The notes beneath the pieces are model-generated. The model was not told the DNA's origin. It made no database searches and worked only from the letters and a program-made list of their open reading frames with translations. 64,000 nucleotides of DNA from Candidatus Jordarchaeum sp. LHC_1308 (GTDB taxonomy: Archaea; Asgardarchaeota; Jordiarchaeia; Jordiarchaeales; Freyrarchaeaceae). Shown here piece after piece: positions 59,560 through 64,000 of the stretch; the first letter of the stretch is position 1; each line of letters opens with the position of its first letter. The stretch lies in contig JAHLWX010000002.1 of NCBI GenBank assembly GCA_019057675.1, positions 5,239 to 69,238 on the forward strand, read 5' to 3'. Position numbers and translations under genes: made by a program.

Positions 59560-60906
59560 TTGTCTCGTGACCACTTTGACCTCGGAGAAACTTACCGAAG
59601 GAGAAACTAAGTAAGAATATTTTCTTACGTCATCTGCGACCTCATCAACCCGTTTAAGCATCTCGTAGAAGTTATCCGCTATCATGACTCCCTTTGCCGC
59701 TCCGAGAACCTCCCCATTTTTGACCACCCAGCATGGATTCGCAACAACACTTATCTCTCCTGAAACCGGATTGCTAGAGTGGGCCCCCTGCACATCCAAA
59801 ACGATCAATCCGCTATCCATTCCTTCGATGAGCTCTTCGCGGCTGATGTTTCCCTTCTTCACCACGAGGTTTGTCGCAGATATATGTGGCGTTGAGGCAT
59901 AATCTGCGCGTCCAGCATTACCCGTCGACTCGAAGCCTGCCACACCACCCCAATAACTGTCAAACAAGAACCCCCTCAAAACTCCCTTATCAATTATCTC
60001 CTTTCTTTGAGTTGGAACTCCCTCACCGTCAAAGGGAAACGTGTTAAGCCCCTCCTCGAGTGTTCCGTCATCTACGACGTGAAGCATGCTAGATGCCACC
60101 AGCTCTCCAAGCTTTCCAGTGTAAGGGGATCTTTCCCTTACCACGTTGTCCCCTGACACGGCATGCAATAAAGTGTAGCCGATCAACGCGTGAAGGGCAG
60201 GGTGAAAAAGAATCACCTTACATCGTCCTTGTTCCACATTCGCCTTCCTCAAAGACTCGACGGCTAGTCTTGCAGCCTCTCTTCCAACCTTCTCTGGATT
60301 TATTTTTCGTCTTCTTTGGAAGTCGAACTCGCTACACTCAGGCGATACTTCATCACCATCCCTAGCTACTGTTCCGAGAGCGCACCCCATCATAGTTTCC
60401 TCGGCTTTCACATTTAGGCCGTGAGTATTCATCAAAGCCACCTCCCCCCACTCGCTCACCACAACCCCCCAGTATGCTGAAATCTTGCTACTGTAGTCTG
60501 TCGCAGCATTGAGCATAGTCTTGGCGTCTTCAACAAGCTCCTCCTCGCTTATCTCACAAACCCTCTTATCAAATATCCCTGAAACCGTGGATGGCTTCTT
60601 GGGTGCTGGTAGCCCTCTCCATTTTTCGTCAGGCTTACTTGCCTTAGCCGCCTTGACAGCCCTCACTACAACCTCCTCTAACTTACCTCTCTCTAAACTA
60701 TTCGAGAAGCTGAAGCCGACCGCCCCCTTCACGACGACTCTTAGCCCGACTCCTTGTTCATCTGAGAAGTGGCAGGAGGAGACTTGCCCAAGGTTAACTT
60801 CAACTCTCAGCTCTCTGCTGTAATTATAGTATATTTCTGCCTCGTCCGCTCCATGCCTCTCAGCATAGTCAAGAACCCACTCAATTGACTTGGCACCATC
60901 ATTCAA
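59554..60906 (-). CDS. pmbA: PmbA/TldE-like metalloprotease subunit
   Basis: 450 aa; TldD/PmbA family without the HExxxH motif; overlaps tldD by 8 nt. Confidence 0.8.
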   Translation of the reverse strand: MNDGAKSIEWVLDYAERHGADEAEIYYNYSRELRVEVNLGQVSSCHFSDEQGVGLRVVVKGAVGFSFSNSLERGKLEEVVVRAVKAAKASKPDEKWRGLPAPKKPSTVSGIFDKRVCEISEEELVEDAKTMLNAATDYSSKISAYWGVVVSEWGEVALMNTHGLNVKAEETMMGCALGTVARDGDEVSPECSEFDFQRRRKINPEKVGREAARLAVESLRKANVEQGRCKVILFHPALHALIGYTLLHAVSGDNVVRERSPYTGKLGELVASSMLHVVDDGTLEEGLNTFPFDGEGVPTQRKEIIDKGVLRGFLFDSYWGGVAGFESTGNAGRADYASTPHISATNLVVKKGNISREELIEGMDSGLIVLDVQGAHSSNPVSGEISVVANPCWVVKNGEVLGAAKGVMIADNFYEMLKRVDEVADDVRKYSYLVSPSVSFSEVKVVTRQL

Positions 60907-62335
60907 GCTTCATCCCTCCAACAAGCATCCTACTACACCGTATATGTGGTCCGCCGTCTCCTACGTTTACTGTTTGGCCTTTGCCACACCATCCAACGTT
61001 GAGCTTAAAGTCATTTCCGACAGCGTCAACATGCATGAGCGTCTCAAGCGTGTTCCCGCTAATGGAAAGATTCCTAACAGGCCTGCCAACTTCTCCGTCC
61101 ACTATCTCGTAAGCTTTCTGGACGCCAACCTGAAATGTCCCGTCAAGGTTCGCCTGTCCCCCTCTAAAGCTTTCAAGAAGGTAGCCGAAGGATAAGTCTT
61201 CTATCATCTCTTCAAGCGTCCAGTCTCCGGAAGCCATGCAGGTGTTTCTCATTCTCACAAGCGGGGGAACTCTAAAGCCTTCAGCTCTAGCATTTCCCGT
61301 AGGTTCAGTGTTAAACCCTTCGCACACCTTAAGGTGATGCTTATTAATCATCTCCTGAATTTTAGCCGCGGTTTCCCTATCATACATTAAACCGACCACG
61401 CGCCCCTCTTTCACTATTATGCTTCTTTGTGCACGCACCCCTTCATCATCGTACTTGAAGCTTCCAAAGCCCCCCTCTATTGTTGCATCGTCGAATATGT
61501 TTACCAAGGGTGAGGCAACTCTTTCCCCCAACTTGTGAAGAAGTAACCCGCCTGCAAGTGCCGAGTCGGCCTCTGCAAGGTGTCCAAATGCTTCATGAAC
61601 CAGCACGCCTGTCACGTTTGGCCCCATTACGACGGGAAAAATACCCCCCCTCGGAGTGGCAGCCTCCAGTTGTTCGAGTAAAGCATGCGAGATTTTTTCT
61701 GCCAGTTCGCCGGGTGGGTTCTCCCTCCAAACCTTGAATCCCTTAACCGATCCCAGCTCCTCCCTGTAAGCTGCGTAAACGTCCCCTTCCCTCGCAGTGG
61801 CCACGGCTCTCCCCCAAACATATAGTACATCCTGAACTATCCTTGTTCCATCACTATTAAAGTACCATTTTCTTCCATAAACATCGCTGTAGTTGAAGTT
61901 GAAGCTTTTAATCCTGTCATTAAAAGACAGTATGGCTCTTCCCAACTCTAAGAACATCTCTATCTTTTCATCTACCCCCACGTTGGCAGGGTTCTCGTCG
62001 GGCTTCACGTGCACCCTATCCACGGATGTTTTAACTTCTGCCAGCTCCACCTTTTCCTTAACTGCCCGACTTGCCGCAGAAGCCAGTTTCACCGCGCTTC
62101 TACAAGCATCCCTCAACCTCTCAAGGCTACTGGTGGACGCAAACCCCCATGCCCCACCCGATATTACACGTACGGAGAATCCACGATCAACTCCCTGCTC
62201 CACGATCCTAACGCGTTCATCCTCAATTTCCAATGATGCCTCCATAAGCTCCTCTCCTCTGATCTCAACGTAGCTGGCACCTAAACTGAGCCCATAGTCG
62301 ACCGTCCTTACCAGTTCGTCCTCCATGAATGTCAC
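60899..62335 (-). CDS. tldD: TldD metalloprotease
   Basis: 478 aa; HEAFGH zinc motif, GxC...D...H C-terminal ligands. Confidence 0.85.
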   Translation of the reverse strand: MTFMEDELVRTVDYGLSLGASYVEIRGEELMEASLEIEDERVRIVEQGVDRGFSVRVISGGAWGFASTSSLERLRDACRSAVKLASAASRAVKEKVELAEVKTSVDRVHVKPDENPANVGVDEKIEMFLELGRAILSFNDRIKSFNFNYSDVYGRKWYFNSDGTRIVQDVLYVWGRAVATAREGDVYAAYREELGSVKGFKVWRENPPGELAEKISHALLEQLEAATPRGGIFPVVMGPNVTGVLVHEAFGHLAEADSALAGGLLLHKLGERVASPLVNIFDDATIEGGFGSFKYDDEGVRAQRSIIVKEGRVVGLMYDRETAAKIQEMINKHHLKVCEGFNTEPTGNARAEGFRVPPLVRMRNTCMASGDWTLEEMIEDLSFGYLLESFRGGQANLDGTFQVGVQKAYEIVDGEVGRPVRNLSISGNTLETLMHVDAVGNDFKLNVGWCGKGQTVNVGDGGPHIRCSRMLVGGMKLE

Positions 62336-62418
62336 CTCTGGATAAGGAATATTAATTAAAAGATAAAGTTGTTTGTTAGAACTTCGATTTTTAGCTTCAT
62401 GGCTGGGGGTTTAAAGAG

Positions 62419-63291
62419 TTGTGCGGCGCTATCACGGTGGCAGCCATTCAGTTGAAGAAGGCCAATAGCAAGGAGGAAAATTTTAGAAGTGTTTCTAGAC
62501 TGATTAATGAGGCTATTAAGAGGGAAAACGTGGATCTTGTATGCCTTCCCGAAAAGTGGAACATTAAAGAGGGCAACCCCCCCGCGGACTCTGAGAGTCC
62601 TGACGGCCCCAGCATAAGGTTCCTAGAGTCTGTCGCCGAGGAATACGGAGTCTACGTGCTCGGCGGCTCGCTGTGGGAGAAGTGGGATGGAAAAATATAC
62701 AACGTTTCTCGCCTTCTAGATAGGTCAGGTAGATGCGTCGGAATACATCAGAAGATCCACCTTTACGGCATGGAGAAACAGTTTTTCGAGCCGGGCAACC
62801 GCCTTGAACCATGTGAGACAGAGTTCGGCAAGGTGGGCCTAACCGTGTGTTTTGACCTAGCTTTCCCCGAAGTTGCAAGACTTCTCACACTCAAAGGAGC
62901 CGACATTATTTTAAACCCTGCTTTCATACCCTCAGATGGCGTGGAGAACTGGCACGTCTACGTGAAAGCCAGAGCTTTAGAGAACAGGATACCCATCGTC
63001 GGAATAAACTCTGTGAGCTTCGAAAGGGGGATCAGCTGGCCTGGAGAAAGCATAATAGTCGGCTTTCATGAGGGACATGAATCCCCAGCTAAATTAAATA
63101 TCCTCGTCGGAAAAAGAGGAGAAGAAGACGTGCTAATCCAAAAAGTTGATTTGGATTATCCGCGCCGAATTAGGGCGATTCGTTTATCTGAAAAAGCAAA
63201 GGTTGTAGATGAGCTTTTTAAGTCACATAGCTCGGAAACCTTTTTTAGTTTAAGGTGTGATGAGCTGAGGCGGAGGCGGAACCATGGGTAA
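62419..63291 (+). CDS. Carbon-nitrogen hydrolase (nitrilase superfamily)
   Basis: 290 aa; catalytic E-K-C triad context (CLPEKW, ..K.., VCFDLAFPE); TTG start. Confidence 0.8.
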   Translation: MCGAITVAAIQLKKANSKEENFRSVSRLINEAIKRENVDLVCLPEKWNIKEGNPPADSESPDGPSIRFLESVAEEYGVYVLGGSLWEKWDGKIYNVSRLLDRSGRCVGIHQKIHLYGMEKQFFEPGNRLEPCETEFGKVGLTVCFDLAFPEVARLLTLKGADIILNPAFIPSDGVENWHVYVKARALENRIPIVGINSVSFERGISWPGESIIVGFHEGHESPAKLNILVGKRGEEDVLIQKVDLDYPRRIRAIRLSEKAKVVDELFKSHSSETFFSLRCDELRRRRNHG

Positions 63292-63556
63292 GAAAATGAA
63301 GCAGGAGGAAAAAGTTGTCGAAAAGGAAGTGCGCAAGGTAATGGTTGACGAGGCAATACTTGAATCCATAGAAAAAGAAACTCCGAAAATGAAGGTCATA
63401 ACGCTGAGCGAAATATCCGACAAGTATGGCATAAGAGTTAGTACTGCTAAGTTGATCCTGAAACGCTTGGAGGAAAAGGGACTTATAAAACTAGTATCCT
63501 CTGATAGGCGGCTTAAGATCTGGACTGGGACAAAGGCTGAAGCGGCTGCAAGCTAA
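63284..63556 (+). CDS. rps25e: 30S ribosomal protein S25e
   Basis: 90 aa; basic N-terminus and wHTH (ITLSEISDKYGIRVSTAKLILKRLEEKGLIK). Confidence 0.75.
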   Translation: MGKKMKQEEKVVEKEVRKVMVDEAILESIEKETPKMKVITLSEISDKYGIRVSTAKLILKRLEEKGLIKLVSSDRRLKIWTGTKAEAAAS

Positions 63557-64000
63557 GGTTTGACCGTGGATAAAGCTTCCTCGAACGCCTTTATCTGCCC
63601 CTCGTTTATGTCACACAGAATCACTTTTTTCAGCTTCGTTCCCGAGTCAACATGCCGAAAAAGCGCCCTAACAATTCTCCTAGCAGCCTCATCCTTCGAG
63701 ACGCCGCCGACCCCTGTTCCCAGAGCAGGTACTGCTATCGACTCAACTCCCAACTCCTCAGCGCATCTAAGCGTAGCCTCCATGGCCATCTCAACCTTCT
63801 TAGGCGTAGTAGTCATACCTGGCTCCTCCATAGTTGGTGCATGAATCACGTACTTTGCCCTAAGTCTTCCTGCCGTTGAAGCCACAGCTTGGCCCACAGG
63901 CACAAACGGCTCGCCTTTCTCATTTTTCGGCGCCCTCCTTCGCGCATCCTCCTCGATCTCGACACCACCAGCTCTCTTAATGGCTCCTGCCACCCCACCA
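63553..64000 (-). CDS. Macro domain protein (ADP-ribose binding / O-acetyl-ADP-ribose deacetylase), truncated by the window end
   Basis: GGGVAGAI-like and ...IAVPALGTGVGG macro-domain motifs; N-terminus lies beyond position 64000. Confidence 0.7.
   Translation of the reverse strand, partial: GGVAGAIKRAGGVEIEEDARRRAPKNEKGEPFVPVGQAVASTAGRLRAKYVIHAPTMEEPGMTTTPKKVEMAMEATLRCAEELGVESIAVPALGTGVGGVSKDEAARRIVRALFRHVDSGTKLKKVILCDINEGQIKAFEEALSTVKP

Noticed and set aside
1-64000. CRISPR arrays, transposases, integrases or other mobile-element signatures
   Set aside because: No regularly spaced direct repeats, no cas genes, and no transposase- or integrase-like ORFs could be found. The tRNA genes are not flanked by integrase genes or obvious att-like duplications.

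Overview
This is a 64-kb stretch of an archaeal chromosome with overall GC near 48%. Two tRNAs carry introns at non-canonical positions (D-loop and T-loop), and the replication and ribosomal proteins are crenarchaeal (TACK) in type. Together these suggest a Thermoproteales-like thermophile. Coding density is high on both strands and the content is mostly core housekeeping. The replication and repair set comprises an ATP-dependent DNA ligase, NucS/EndoMS, RPA, a GINS-like protein next to MCM, the RFC large and small subunits, an endonuclease IV-like protein and TIP49. Translation and RNA processing are represented by ribosomal proteins L2, L3, L4, L15e and S25e, the RNase P proteins Pop5 and Rpp30, TruA, a TtuA/NcsA-like thiolase and a Trm112-like protein. 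There is a molybdenum cofactor cluster (MoaC, MoaB, two MoeA paralogs, a MobB-like protein) next to UbiX. Metabolic genes include AMP/thymidine phosphorylase, a LeuA/CimA-type synthase, threonine synthase, class I fumarase alpha and beta subunits, a nucleoside phosphorylase, a nitrilase-superfamily hydrolase and the TldD/PmbA pair. RNA features I can support are a probable SRP (7S) RNA, a divergent tRNA-Arg(CCU)/tRNA-Gly(GCC) pair, and one good C/D-box sRNA candidate. No CRISPR array, transposase or integrase is visible. The most unusual content is a family of paralogous coiled-coil proteins with a C-terminal winged helix, with at least three copies. Two of these sit in pairs with a second coiled-coil gene, and one pair lies beside a GTPase / DUF2073-like / Zn-ribbon triad. 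Other points worth a second look are a threonine synthase fused to a C-terminal PadR-type HTH, a Trm112 with a eukaryote-like central insertion, a frameshifted M24 prolidase, two stretches of apparently decayed coding sequence of 1.2-1.5 kb each, and an atypical rpl2-rpl3-rpl4 gene order.
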